Shown here: positions 31,310-40,873 of the stretch, one piece after another
How the letters are laid out: every line of letters begins with the position of its first letter
Numbering within the stretch: the stretch's first letter is position 1
DNA from: Clostridia bacterium
Lineage (GTDB): Bacteria; Bacillota; Clostridia; UBA1212; UBA1255
Assembly (NCBI GenBank): GCA_017613535.1
Contig: JAGADO010000023.1
Span: 1-58,597, forward strand
Length of the DNA stretch: 58,597 nt
Reading direction: 5' to 3'
Position numbers and translations under genes: made by a program
Notes under the pieces: generated by a model
What the model was told of the DNA's origin: nothing
Database searches by the model: none
Seen by the model: the letters and a program-made list of their open reading frames with translations, nothing else

Positions 31310-33733
31310 CTAGTTAGAAAGAGGCACCGGAGTTGCGGGCGCTTCGGCAGGCGCCACAGTCGCACCGGGCTCCGGAGTCTGAGTCTGTACAGGAGCAGGC
31401 TTACACTTGGTGCACGCCTGAGACGAAATATGATCCTTATCGGTAACGACCTCGTGAGTATGCGTGCAGTTCTCCCCCGCCAGAATGTACTTGCCGTTAG
31501 CGTCCTTACCGGCATCGTCACAGACCTTGACCTTCACATGGTATGTGCAGTAGGACGTAGGCTGAGTGCCGTCGCAGAACGCCTCATAGATTGTCTTATT
31601 TCCGCTCTCGCATTGTGCGCAATACGACGTGGCAAGCTGCCTCGATTCGGCACAGATCAGCACCTGCTTGGCAGAAGTGCCCGTTGCCAGCGGCTTTATC
31701 GGCAGGTCTGCATGGATCTGCTCCATGATCACTTTCCAGAGCAGATATGCGGCGCCTTTCTCTTCAGCCTGCATGCTCTTCTGCGAAGGATAGCCGTACC
31801 AGACCGCAGCGGTGTAGTATCCGGTGTATCCGACGAACCAGTAGTCGTACGAGTTCGTAGTCGTACCGGTCTTACCGGCCGTAGGAACCTGCACTCCGTC
31901 GCTGTTGAAGAAAATAGCTTTGCGCGCCGTTCCGCCGTAACCCTCATCCATAACGGACGTAAGAAGCGAAGTCATGACAGGCGCCGTCTGAGGATCGTCA
32001 TAAACGACGTGAGACTGCGAAATATTGTCGATCAGAACGTTTCCGTCAGAATCGAGCACCTTTGTAAACGTTATGGGCTCGTGGTAAACGCCTGTACCGT
32101 TTGAGAAAGGCACGTAAGCGGCACACATCTCCATCGCGCATACGCCGTTCGTAAGACCGCCGAGGGCAACGGATATCTGCGTTTCGTTCGTGCGGTCGAT
32201 ACCCGAGCGCTTCAGGTACTGGAGGCACATCGGGATATTGTCCTTGTACAATTTAACGGCGGCAACGTTGCACGACACGGCGATCGCCTGGCGCACCGAT
32301 ATCGTCCCCTTAAACTTCTTATACGAGTTTTTAGGCCACGGCTTGTCCGGAGTATCCGGGTTCAGGTACGATTCCTCGTCCACAATAGTGGTCGCCGAAG
32401 TGATTATGTGCTGGTCAATAAGCGGCGCATACACCAATATCGGTTTGATTGACGAACCGGGCTGACGGTGCGCATCCGTGGCATAGTTATAAGCAAGGTT
32501 AGTCGTCTTCGGCCCGTAGCCTCCGTACATCGCCTTTACCTGCCCCGTATACTGATCCATAATGACGAACGACGCCTGCGCCATATCCGTACGCGCCGTA
32601 TACTGGTAGTTCACCGGGAAGTTCGCTTCGTTATTGAATTCCTTATCAACGATCGCCTGAATATCGCGGTCCTGCGTCGTGTAAATGCGGATGCCTCCGC
32701 CGTAGATCATCTTGTTCGCCTCGGCCTTGGTATACCCGCGCTCCATAAACGCGTCGCGCACGTCGGTTATTACGGCGTCAACAAAATAGCTGTACAGCGC
32801 GTATGACGATCCGGCTTCGTACTCTTCGTTGAACTTGAGTTCCGTCTGGATAGCGTCAATATACTCCTGCTTCGTTATCATTCCGAGCTCGAGCATCTTA
32901 TCAAGTATGATGATCTGCCTTTTATATCCGTTCTGGCGTCCGACGGTCGTGTGCGGCGCATATTTTCCGGGGTTATTCGTTATACCGGCCATATACGCGC
33001 ATTCCGCCAGGTTCAGTTCGCTAACATTTTTACCGAAATACGCCCTGGACGCCGCCTGCACGCCGTAGCAGTCCCTGCCCATATAGATGATATTCATATA
33101 CTTTTCAAGGATCTCTTCCTTGGAATAATCCTTTTCAAGCAGGTATGCACGCCACATCTCCGAGATCTTGCGCAGTACGCTCTGCTCGTCGTCTCCCGTA
33201 GCGTTCTTAATAAGCTGCTGCGTGATCGTACTGCCTCCGTACGTGCCGAAACCGGGCAGCATGTACGCGGCAATGGCTGAGAGCGATCGTTTTACGTCTA
33301 CTCCGGGGTGCGTGTAGAAGCGCTCGTCCTCGATGGCAACGAACGCGTCCCTGAGGTCTTCGGGCACTTCGTCGAACGTTACGAGCACGCGGTTAACGTT
33401 TCCCGTTCCTTTAAGGGCAATAGGTTCTTCCTGCCCTTCGTCGTTTATGTACGTGACGGGCTGCCCGTCGGGATAATATATGAACGACGTGAGCGATGCC
33501 GTTTCCAGCTGTATGTCCGTGACCGGTTCGGTCGTGCTTATACATGCGGTGATGAGGCCGATGACCGCGCCTCCCACTACGAATATGGCCACGAGCACGA
33601 CTATAAGCGTGATCCTGAGGGCAACAGTGAATATGTGCCACAGTACTTTCAGGAAGATCACTACCGGGTTCTTATACTCGTACTGGGCTTCCTCGACGTT
33701 GCTTCTTTTGAATCTCTGTCTGCTTCTCTTCAT
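31310..33733 (-). CDS. Class A penicillin-binding protein (PBP1A-type bifunctional glycosyltransferase/transpeptidase) with a Cys-rich C-terminal tail
   Basis: ORF 31310-33763. The ATG at 33733 (MKRSRQRF) is preferred because of the GGGGAGGTGA RBS. GT51 motifs EDERFYTHPGVD and GGSTITQQL; transpeptidase motifs GSSIKP and KTGTT. Confidence 0.85.
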   Translation of the reverse strand: MKRSRQRFKRSNVEEAQYEYKNPVVIFLKVLWHIFTVALRITLIVVLVAIFVVGGAVIGLITACISTTEPVTDIQLETASLTSFIYYPDGQPVTYINDEGQEEPIALKGTGNVNRVLVTFDEVPEDLRDAFVAIEDERFYTHPGVDVKRSLSAIAAYMLPGFGTYGGSTITQQLIKNATGDDEQSVLRKISEMWRAYLLEKDYSKEEILEKYMNIIYMGRDCYGVQAASRAYFGKNVSELNLAECAYMAGITNNPGKYAPHTTVGRQNGYKRQIIILDKMLELGMITKQEYIDAIQTELKFNEEYEAGSSYALYSYFVDAVITDVRDAFMERGYTKAEANKMIYGGGIRIYTTQDRDIQAIVDKEFNNEANFPVNYQYTARTDMAQASFVIMDQYTGQVKAMYGGYGPKTTNLAYNYATDAHRQPGSSIKPILVYAPLIDQHIITSATTIVDEESYLNPDTPDKPWPKNSYKKFKGTISVRQAIAVSCNVAAVKLYKDNIPMCLQYLKRSGIDRTNETQISVALGGLTNGVCAMEMCAAYVPFSNGTGVYHEPITFTKVLDSDGNVLIDNISQSHVVYDDPQTAPVMTSLLTSVMDEGYGGTARKAIFFNSDGVQVPTAGKTGTTTNSYDYWFVGYTGYYTAAVWYGYPSQKSMQAEEKGAAYLLWKVIMEQIHADLPIKPLATGTSAKQVLICAESRQLATSYCAQCESGNKTIYEAFCDGTQPTSYCTYHVKVKVCDDAGKDANGKYILAGENCTHTHEVVTDKDHISSQACTKCKPAPVQTQTPEPGATVAPAEAPATPVPLSN

Positions 33734-33840
33734 CACGCTCACCTCCCCGCGCCGCAGATACATCGATATGGTTACATTTTATTATATCACATTGTCCAGC
33801 CGCCTGTCTACCTGTCGCGCCGGCTGTTGCGATTTGTACC

Positions 33841-33870
33841 TTGCAGACACACCGCGATCCGCAATATAAT
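33841..33870 (+). promoter_or_regulatory. Candidate promoter (TTGCAG-N18-TATAAT) of the HTH/sigma-r4 gene
   Basis: TTGCAG at 33841-33846, 18-nt spacer, TATAAT at 33865-33870. It lies about 70 nt upstream of the ATG at 33941. Confidence 0.45.
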
Positions 33871-33940
33871 CATATTGCCGCAAGGGCAGGATAATGTAAC
33901 GCGCGAAACATCATTATCATCATTGCCGGAGAATCGGAGA

Positions 33941-34399
33941 ATGGAAACAGGAAGCCGGATAGCAGAACTGAGAAAAGAACGGGGATTGACACAGCAGGAA
34001 CTCGCACAGAAATTGTTCGTGTCGAGAGAACTCGTATGCAAATGGGAGAGCGGAGAGCGAAAGCCGGACTACAGAACGGTGGAAAAGATCGCAGAAGCAC
34101 TGGGCGTTGACCCGGGCCGAATCGAAAGCGAAGATGATGCGATCATGGAAGAGCTCGAAGGGTGCGTTCCTGCAGAAGGCGGTCCGTCGGACAGAGCTGC
34201 GGCCGCGGCAATGCTCAATAATTTCCTCAGAACGCTTCCTGACGGAGAGTGCGACATATTCGTACGGCGCTACCGTTTCCACGAAACGACGGCAGAGATC
34301 GGCGCCAGGTACGGCATCGGGGACAATTACGTCAGGTCGGTGCTGGCAAGGACGCGCCGGAAACTCAGAAAGTACTTTAAGAGGTGCAAAGATGAATAA
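33941..34399 (+). CDS. Chimeric regulator: N-terminal XRE-type HTH plus C-terminal sigma-70 region-4-like HTH (no region 2)
   Basis: 152 aa within ORF 33308-34399. N-terminus: IAELRKERGLTQQELAQKLFVSRELVCKWESGERKP (HTH_3 type). C-terminus: LPDGECDIFVRRYRFHETTAEIGARYGIGDNYVRSVLARTRRKLRKY (ECF region 4.2 type). Confidence 0.7.
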   Translation: METGSRIAELRKERGLTQQELAQKLFVSRELVCKWESGERKPDYRTVEKIAEALGVDPGRIESEDDAIMEELEGCVPAEGGPSDRAAAAAMLNNFLRTLPDGECDIFVRRYRFHETTAEIGARYGIGDNYVRSVLARTRRKLRKYFKRCKDE

Positions 34400-36026
34400 A
34401 AATGATCTGTTTGAAGCGATAAACGATATTGACCCCGTACTGACTGCGCGTTCGGAGTCCGGCTCGTCGTTTGCGAAAAGCGTCGGAAAGCACAAGGCGG
34501 CTAATTCCGGCAGGATGCGCAATATATTGCCCCTTATTATCATCCCCGTGGCGGCGGTCGCGGCACTTACGGCCGTCATCGTCATGTCGCGTAAAAACAG
34601 CGTACGGAACGATCCGTCAGCGATCGTCTCTTCCGAAACTCCGGATCCAACCGAAGCCGGTGTGACTGAAGCAGGTGCGACCGATGCGGCGCCAAAGACC
34701 GAACCACCTGCCACATACGATCCGGGCGACCCCGCGCAATGGCCCGTTCCGGTCAGCGGCAGTGATCTTCTCTACATGCTCGATTCGTATATGCGCCATG
34801 CAGGATTCGAATACGCAAATCACCCTGATGGCCTTAAAGCGCTTAGCGAATACCGTCTGAACGGAAAGAAAATATCCGAATCGGCGGAGCGCACTTCCAC
34901 GTCCGCAGACTATGAAGACGGTTTTGAACAAATCGCGGAATATGCTCTGGATGACGTTTTTATGTCTTCATCCAGATCAGAAAAAACTTTCCTGCAAACC
35001 ATCACCGGCACGAAAAAACTCTTCCTCTTAACATACGCGAAACTTGAAGGGCTTGACCTTCCGCTGAAGGTCGAATTCGGCGACTCTGCTTTAGCAGTTC
35101 TCACTAAAACAGGTATCGCAGGTTTCGCCGCTCAAATGTGCGAGGAATTTGCCGCACACGATTCGGAAACGGAAAATTTTTATGGCATGATCACATCTGT
35201 AAACCCCGATCCTGCGCCCGTGATCGAACCGGGCAGCGAAGGTACGGCAGATGAAGATTCCTACGTCCTGGAGTTTTCGCGCTCGTACGGGCCCGTCAAT
35301 GCAGACACGGTGTTTCCTTACGAGTATGTCCTTTCGTTTACCATTGTTCAAAGAAAAGACGGTGTCAACACCGAGCGTTATATGGCCCTGACGTTTTCGG
35401 GATATTCTCTCGAACAGAGCAGCCTGAGCACGGTAGTTATGATAGTCACCGAAACGACGGTACGGACGATCGAAGAAAACGCGACGCCTGCCCCTACCCC
35501 CACTGCCGTGCCTACCGAGCCACCGGAGGTGACGGCCACTCCTATTCCGACTTCGGTGCCGGATAGCTCCCCCGAACCCACCCGCGAGATGCTAACGCCT
35601 GAACGCCCCCTTGACTATCCGGCGGTCCCCGGTTATTACGACTACGTCGATTATCCTGATTTGTATTTTTTGGACAGCAAACAGGCCCGCTTCTTTACCA
35701 CATATAAAGAAGTGTACGTTTACGTCGGTGAATCATTCGAAGTACCGGTAACCCAAGGCATCAAGACGTGGGTCCCGGAAGAGACAAACACTATCACATA
35801 CACCGCGGCAAATGATTCCGTCATAAGCATTGAAAGGATCGAGGAGCGGCGTCCGAACCACAGTATATATAACTTCTATGTTACCGGCCTCAGGCCGGGG
35901 ACAACGACGGTCAGGGTCTATGGCTGGTACGATCCCTCGGATTTTGAGGATCAGGTGAACATCTTGGTCAAAGAACCGTGCGAATCGATAAACTGCGAAG
36001 TTATTGTCCACGTGCTCGAGCCGTAG
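34392..36026 (+). CDS. Single-pass membrane protein coupled to the HTH/sigma-r4 gene (anti-sigma-like position); extracellular Pro/Thr linker and Ig-like C-terminus
   Basis: The ATG at 34392 overlaps the upstream stop by 8 nt. N-terminus MNKNDLFEAINDIDPVL; TM helix ILPLIIIPVAAVAALTAVIVM; PTPTAVPTEPPEVTATPIPT linker. The beta-rich C-terminal domain is unidentified. Confidence 0.6.
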   Translation: MNKNDLFEAINDIDPVLTARSESGSSFAKSVGKHKAANSGRMRNILPLIIIPVAAVAALTAVIVMSRKNSVRNDPSAIVSSETPDPTEAGVTEAGATDAAPKTEPPATYDPGDPAQWPVPVSGSDLLYMLDSYMRHAGFEYANHPDGLKALSEYRLNGKKISESAERTSTSADYEDGFEQIAEYALDDVFMSSSRSEKTFLQTITGTKKLFLLTYAKLEGLDLPLKVEFGDSALAVLTKTGIAGFAAQMCEEFAAHDSETENFYGMITSVNPDPAPVIEPGSEGTADEDSYVLEFSRSYGPVNADTVFPYEYVLSFTIVQRKDGVNTERYMALTFSGYSLEQSSLSTVVMIVTETTVRTIEENATPAPTPTAVPTEPPEVTATPIPTSVPDSSPEPTREMLTPERPLDYPAVPGYYDYVDYPDLYFLDSKQARFFTTYKEVYVYVGESFEVPVTQGIKTWVPEETNTITYTAANDSVISIERIEERRPNHSIYNFYVTGLRPGTTTVRVYGWYDPSDFEDQVNILVKEPCESINCEVIVHVLEP

Positions 36027-36033
36027 CTTTTAT

Positions 36034-36062
36034 TTGACTAAAACCGCGCTCCGTCATATAAT
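36034..36062 (+). promoter_or_regulatory. Near-consensus sigma-A promoter (TTGACT-N17-TATAAT) of the ABC exporter/SGNH operon
   Basis: TTGACT at 36034-36039, 17-nt spacer, TATAAT at 36057-36062. Confidence 0.6.
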
Positions 36063-36149
36063 TGACCCGTAATCAGAAAACCCGCCCGTATCCTCGATGA
36101 CGCAGAAACGCGCGGTGCAGAGCCAATAATATGACTGGAGCACGGAAGC

Positions 36150-37970
36150 ATGGACGACTTAAAAGAATCTCAACCCCCAAAACCGCCTCACATATTCAGA
36201 AGGTTTGTCCAATACTACAGGCCGCACAGGAAGATGTTTGCGCTCGATATGCTCGCTGCGCTGTTCATCGCACTGATCGGCATGGTATACCCTGTCATCA
36301 CGAATAAAATGCTGAAAGAGCTGATCCCCGGAAGGCTGTACGGAATGATCGTCGCAGCGGGACTGACCGTGCTCGCGCTTTATATCGTGCGTATGCTGCT
36401 CAGATATTTCGTGCAGTACGAGGGCCATATGATAGGCGTAGGCATGCAGGAGCAGATGCGCTCGGACCTGTTCGCACACCTGCAGAAATTGCCGTTTTCT
36501 TTCTACGATAACCACGAGACCGGTAAAATAATGTCGCGCCTGACGAGCGACCTCTTCGACGTAAGCGAGCTTGCCCACCACGGCCCGGAAAATCTGTTCA
36601 TAAGCGGCATTATGATCATCGGCTCGTTCATTTACCTGAGCACGATAGACATACTGCTTACACTGATTATTTTTACGTGCGGCCTGCTGCTCGCCGTTGT
36701 CGCCTGGATCTGCCGGAAGAAGATGCGCGAAGCTTTCACGGAGCGCAGAAAAACGACCGCTATGATCAACGCTTCGATCGAGAGTTCCGTCACGGGTATC
36801 CGCGTCACGAAGGCGTACACGAATTCGGACAGGGAGCAGGAGAAGTTCGAGAAGAGCAATTCCCTGTTCAGAGAGGCATGCCGCAAATCGTACAAGGCGA
36901 TGGCGCGCTTCCATTCATCGACTTCGTTTATCACCGACGCGTTTAACGTAGTGATACTGATCGCGGGCGGCCTTTTCCTCTACTCAAACAGGATCGATTT
37001 CGGAGATTATTCCACGTTTATCGTGTCGGTGAACCTGTTCATCTCGCCCATATCCACGCTGATCCAGTTCACGGAACAGTACCAGAACGGCGTCACGGGC
37101 TTTGCGCGCTTCCTTGAAATAATGGATATCCCGCCGGAAGAAGACGCACCGGACGCGGTGGAAATCGACCGCGCCGATGGCAATATCGATATTGACAGCA
37201 TTTCGTTTAGCTACGGCGAGGGCAACGTGATCGATAATATCACGCTGCACGTCGAAAAGGGCAAAAAGCTCGCGCTCGTTGGCCCGTCGGGAGGCGGAAA
37301 GACTACTCTATGCCACCTGATCCCCGCATTCTACCCTGTAGACGAAGGGTCAATATCCATCGACGGGCTTGACATCCGCAAGATCCGCAAAGAGTCGCTT
37401 CGCAGAAATATAGGCATCGTGCAGCAGGACGTGTTCCTGTTCGGAGGCACGATCCGCGAGAACATAATGTACGGGCGGCTGGACGCTACTGAAGAGGAAA
37501 TGATCGAGGCAGCGAAACGGGCCAACATCCACGACTACGTTATGACGCTTAAGGACGGGTATGACAGCGAGATCGGAGAGCGCGGCGTGAAACTATCAGG
37601 CGGGCAGAAGCAGCGTCTGTCGATAGCGAGAGTATTCCTGAAAAATCCGGCGATATTGATACTTGACGAGGCCACTTCCGCGCTGGATAATACTACTGAA
37701 ATACTGATCCAGCAGTCGCTCGACGAACTATGCAAAGGACGCACGACGATCGTTGTCGCACACCGCCTTTCCACGATACGCAACGCAGACGAGATCGCGG
37801 TGATCGTTGACGGGCAGATAATCGAGCAGGGCACACATGACGGCCTGATGCAGAAGAGCGACGGAGTTTACAAAAAGCTTTATTCCCTTCAGTTCAGGGA
37901 GGGCGATAATACATATTTCAGCGACGAAGATTTTGAATTCGGAAAGAGAGGACTTAAAAATGAAACTTGA
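36150..37970 (+). CDS. ABC exporter, fused permease/ATPase half-transporter (MsbA/LmrA-like)
   Basis: 606-aa ORF with a six-helix TMD, Walker A GPSGGGKTT, signature LSGGQKQR and Walker B ILILDEATS. Confidence 0.85.
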   Translation: MDDLKESQPPKPPHIFRRFVQYYRPHRKMFALDMLAALFIALIGMVYPVITNKMLKELIPGRLYGMIVAAGLTVLALYIVRMLLRYFVQYEGHMIGVGMQEQMRSDLFAHLQKLPFSFYDNHETGKIMSRLTSDLFDVSELAHHGPENLFISGIMIIGSFIYLSTIDILLTLIIFTCGLLLAVVAWICRKKMREAFTERRKTTAMINASIESSVTGIRVTKAYTNSDREQEKFEKSNSLFREACRKSYKAMARFHSSTSFITDAFNVVILIAGGLFLYSNRIDFGDYSTFIVSVNLFISPISTLIQFTEQYQNGVTGFARFLEIMDIPPEEDAPDAVEIDRADGNIDIDSISFSYGEGNVIDNITLHVEKGKKLALVGPSGGGKTTLCHLIPAFYPVDEGSISIDGLDIRKIRKESLRRNIGIVQQDVFLFGGTIRENIMYGRLDATEEEMIEAAKRANIHDYVMTLKDGYDSEIGERGVKLSGGQKQRLSIARVFLKNPAILILDEATSALDNTTEILIQQSLDELCKGRTTIVVAHRLSTIRNADEIAVIVDGQIIEQGTHDGLMQKSDGVYKKLYSLQFREGDNTYFSDEDFEFGKRGLKNET

Positions 37971-38613
37971 GGGAAAAAAGATCAATTTCCTTGGCGACAG
38001 CATCACGGAGGGCTGCGGCACCGATTACAGATTCGATCAGATGATAGCAGAGCAGACCGGAGCTATCTGCCGGAATTACGGCATCGGCGGGACAAGGATC
38101 GCGCGCAACGTGAAGCCTTCGCTGAATCCGCTTTTTGATCAGTATTACGACTCGCGTGTTGACAATATGGATCCGGATGCGGACGTTATTGTCGTGTTCG
38201 GCGGCACGAACGACTTCGGTCACGGCGACGCTCAGCCGGGGACAATGTCCAACCGCACCGTTGACACTTTCTACGGCGCGATGCATTGCCTCATCACACA
38301 CCTGAAAGACCGCTACCCCACGGCCGAGATCGTGTTCATCACTCCCCTCCACCGCCTGAACGAAAACGATCCTGACGGAGACGGCGGATTCAAGCCTTAC
38401 GGCACATATGCTCCCCTGAAGCGTTACGTGAATATCATCCGCGAAGTATGCGAATATTATTCCATACCCGTGCTCGACCTCTGGAAAAACTCCGGCCTCC
38501 AGCCCGCGATCCCGAAGGTCCAGGAGCTGTACATCCCCGACGGCCTCCATCCGAACCGCGCAGGCCACGAGATAATCGCGTCAAGGCTCCTCGGCCTGCT
38601 TCAAACGCTGTAG
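37960..38613 (+). CDS. SGNH/GDSL-family hydrolase
   Basis: The ATG at 37960 (MKLEGKKINFLGDSITEG) sits within ORF 37933-38613 and overlaps the ABC stop. Block I GDSITEG, block III GGTND, block V DGLHPN. Confidence 0.8.
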   Translation: MKLEGKKINFLGDSITEGCGTDYRFDQMIAEQTGAICRNYGIGGTRIARNVKPSLNPLFDQYYDSRVDNMDPDADVIVVFGGTNDFGHGDAQPGTMSNRTVDTFYGAMHCLITHLKDRYPTAEIVFITPLHRLNENDPDGDGGFKPYGTYAPLKRYVNIIREVCEYYSIPVLDLWKNSGLQPAIPKVQELYIPDGLHPNRAGHEIIASRLLGLLQTL

Positions 38614-38620
38614 CCCTTTA

Positions 38621-38648
38621 ATTTGCAACTTGCCATTTGCAACTTGCC
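38621..38648. repeat. Heptanucleotide repeat, block 3 (4 units: ATTTGCA ACTTGCC ATTTGCA ACTTGCC)
   Basis: Same 7-mer family as blocks 1 and 2. The complement of 38628-38647 is identical over 20 nt to 338-357. It fills the 37-bp gap between the convergent SGNH and ftsW stops. Confidence 0.9.
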
Positions 38649-38650
38649 AC

Positions 38651-39820
38651 TCAGAACTTACTGTACCTCGACTGCTTCGAAATATTCAGCACGACGCCCA
38701 TGCTCGCCATCATGATGATCAGGGACGTTCCGCCGTAGCTGAAAAACGGCAGAGAAATACCTGTAACCGGCATTAGTTTGCTCACGACCGCGAGGTTAAG
38801 CACGACCTGGATCGCCACGTTCGAAATGATGCCGAACGCTGTAAGCGCACCGAACAGATCGGGAGCGTTTGACGAGATCTTGTAACCGCGCATGATCAGG
38901 ATGATGAAAAGCGAAATGACGAGGAGCACGCCCACAAGGCCCATCTCCTCCGCCAGGATCGAAAAAATGAAATCATTGTACGGCTCGGGCAGGTAGAGAT
39001 ATTTCTGAATGCTTTTGCCGAAGCCTCGGCCGAACAAACCACCCGAACCGATCGCGTACAGCGACTGCGTCGCCTGATACGTGTCAGCCTCGCTCTCGGC
39101 CTCTCCTCCGTGCGCAGCGATACGGTTGATGATGTAGTCAAGGGACAGTTTCTCGTTGCTCTTTACGAACAGCAGTATGGCGGCAATGGCGGCGACGGCG
39201 ATAAGTATCGTGACAATAAACGTACGCGCCTTGACCTTGCCCGCGAACATCATAAGAGCGACGATGGCAACGATTATGAGAACACAGCTGATATGCGGCT
39301 GCAGCACCAGCAAACCGATATTGACCGCGACAGGCAGCACGAAGATCAATATTCCCCAAAGCCCTCTCGCCTTTTCACGTATATTTTTCTGCGATAAAAC
39401 ATACGCAATAAAAAAAACCACCGCGATCTTCAGTATCTCGGAAGGCTGGAAAAGAATGCCTAATTTAAGCCAGCGGCGCGCGTTGTTACGCGTAGTGCCG
39501 AACGGTATGACAGCCGCCATCAGAAGTGTCGAAACTGCGAAAAGCGCGATCGAAAACCTGCCCAGGAGCTTGTAATCGACCATGCTCGCAAGAATAAGCA
39601 CTCCGATACCGAGCGCGGTGTAAATGATCTGCGTCTTAAGAACGTCGTATGCGGTCGAGGACGATGATTTAGCGTACGAACTGGGCGTGCTGGCGCTGAA
39701 TATCATCATCGTGCCTATTCCCACAAGCAGAATGACGCTTAGAAGCATCCAGAAATCCACCTGGGAAAAGCTGATATTGGTATGCACTATATCGTTGTCA
39801 GCCCGTCTTTTACGTGCCAT
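38651..39820 (-). CDS. ftsW: SEDS-family peptidoglycan polymerase / cell-division protein FtsW (SpoVE/RodA family)
   Basis: ORF 38651-39856. The ATG at 39820 (MARKRRADND) is preferred because of the GGGGGAGAA RBS. About 10 TM helices; C-terminal motif PVTGISLPFFSYGGTS. Located after mraY in the dcw cluster. Confidence 0.8.
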   Translation of the reverse strand: MARKRRADNDIVHTNISFSQVDFWMLLSVILLVGIGTMMIFSASTPSSYAKSSSSTAYDVLKTQIIYTALGIGVLILASMVDYKLLGRFSIALFAVSTLLMAAVIPFGTTRNNARRWLKLGILFQPSEILKIAVVFFIAYVLSQKNIREKARGLWGILIFVLPVAVNIGLLVLQPHISCVLIIVAIVALMMFAGKVKARTFIVTILIAVAAIAAILLFVKSNEKLSLDYIINRIAAHGGEAESEADTYQATQSLYAIGSGGLFGRGFGKSIQKYLYLPEPYNDFIFSILAEEMGLVGVLLVISLFIILIMRGYKISSNAPDLFGALTAFGIISNVAIQVVLNLAVVSKLMPVTGISLPFFSYGGTSLIIMMASMGVVLNISKQSRYSKF

Positions 39821-39880
39821 CGTTCTCCCCCGAAAGAAGCCGCGCCATAGCGGCAAAGGCGATCACAGCCGGTCGGTTTC

Positions 39881-40873
39881 TCAGCCCTTGTAACAGGTGC
39901 AGAAATAAGTGAAAACACACATCGCGAGTGTAAAGCCCCAGAAGCTCCATACGACCGTTTTCTCGCTCCAGCCCGAAAGCTCGAAGTGGTGGTGGATCGG
40001 AGCCATTTTGAATACGCGCTTTTTCCTGCCGGATGCTTTGAACACGCCTACCTGAATGATGTCGCTGAGTGCTTCAATAATGAAGATGAGGCCTCCGATG
40101 ATGAGCAGGAACGGGCGGCGCATAATAAGCGTCATCGCGGCGATCCCTCCGCCCAGAGCGAGCGAACCGGTGTCTCCCATGAATATGCGCGCGGGATTGT
40201 AGTTGAACACCAGGAACGCCAGCAGAGCACCTGCGCAGATGAATCCGAACAGCTGCATATCCGCCGTTTCCTCAAGCGTGAAAGCCACGCATGAGATCAT
40301 CGCAAACACGATGATGCTGATGCCTCCGCAGAGGCCGTCAAGGCCGTCCGTAAGGTTCACTGAATTTGTTGTCGCCAGCAGCACGAACACGGCGTACGGG
40401 ATGAAGAACCACTTGATGTCGAGTTCGGCGTGCCATGCGAACATATCGAAACGGAGGACGGTGATATTGTCCCCGCCTTTGAAGTAAAGGTAGCATGCGG
40501 TACCGCCTGCAACGATCAGCAGCGCGAGCATTTTCTGCCATGGGAAGAGGCCGTCTTTGCTGCGCTTTTTGATCTTCAGGAAGTCGTCAAGGAATCCGAT
40601 TATCCCGAATCCGAACATACACGCCGCAGGCACGATCAGTCCGTATTCGCCGCGGATCAGAGCATACGTGACGCTGACGGCAACGATCGGTATCAGGAAT
40701 ATCAGTCCGCCTATCGTGGGCGTCCCCTGCTTTTTCAGGTGGCTCTGAGGCCCGTCGTCGCGCTCCGTCTGCTTCGCCTTGAGCCTGCGCATCATCGTGA
40801 TGACGAGCGGCCCGAGCACTATCCCGACCGCAAACGCGATACCCATGCAAATGAATATTACCGAGATCTTCAT
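39881..40873 (-). CDS. mraY: Phospho-N-acetylmuramoyl-pentapeptide transferase MraY
   Basis: 330-aa polytopic ORF with motifs KxGTPTIGG, NxVNLTDGLDGL, FMGDTGSL and HHHFE. The start overlaps the murF stop (ATGA). Confidence 0.9.
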   Translation of the reverse strand: MKISVIFICMGIAFAVGIVLGPLVITMMRRLKAKQTERDDGPQSHLKKQGTPTIGGLIFLIPIVAVSVTYALIRGEYGLIVPAACMFGFGIIGFLDDFLKIKKRSKDGLFPWQKMLALLIVAGGTACYLYFKGGDNITVLRFDMFAWHAELDIKWFFIPYAVFVLLATTNSVNLTDGLDGLCGGISIIVFAMISCVAFTLEETADMQLFGFICAGALLAFLVFNYNPARIFMGDTGSLALGGGIAAMTLIMRRPFLLIIGGLIFIIEALSDIIQVGVFKASGRKKRVFKMAPIHHHFELSGWSEKTVVWSFWGFTLAMCVFTYFCTCYKG

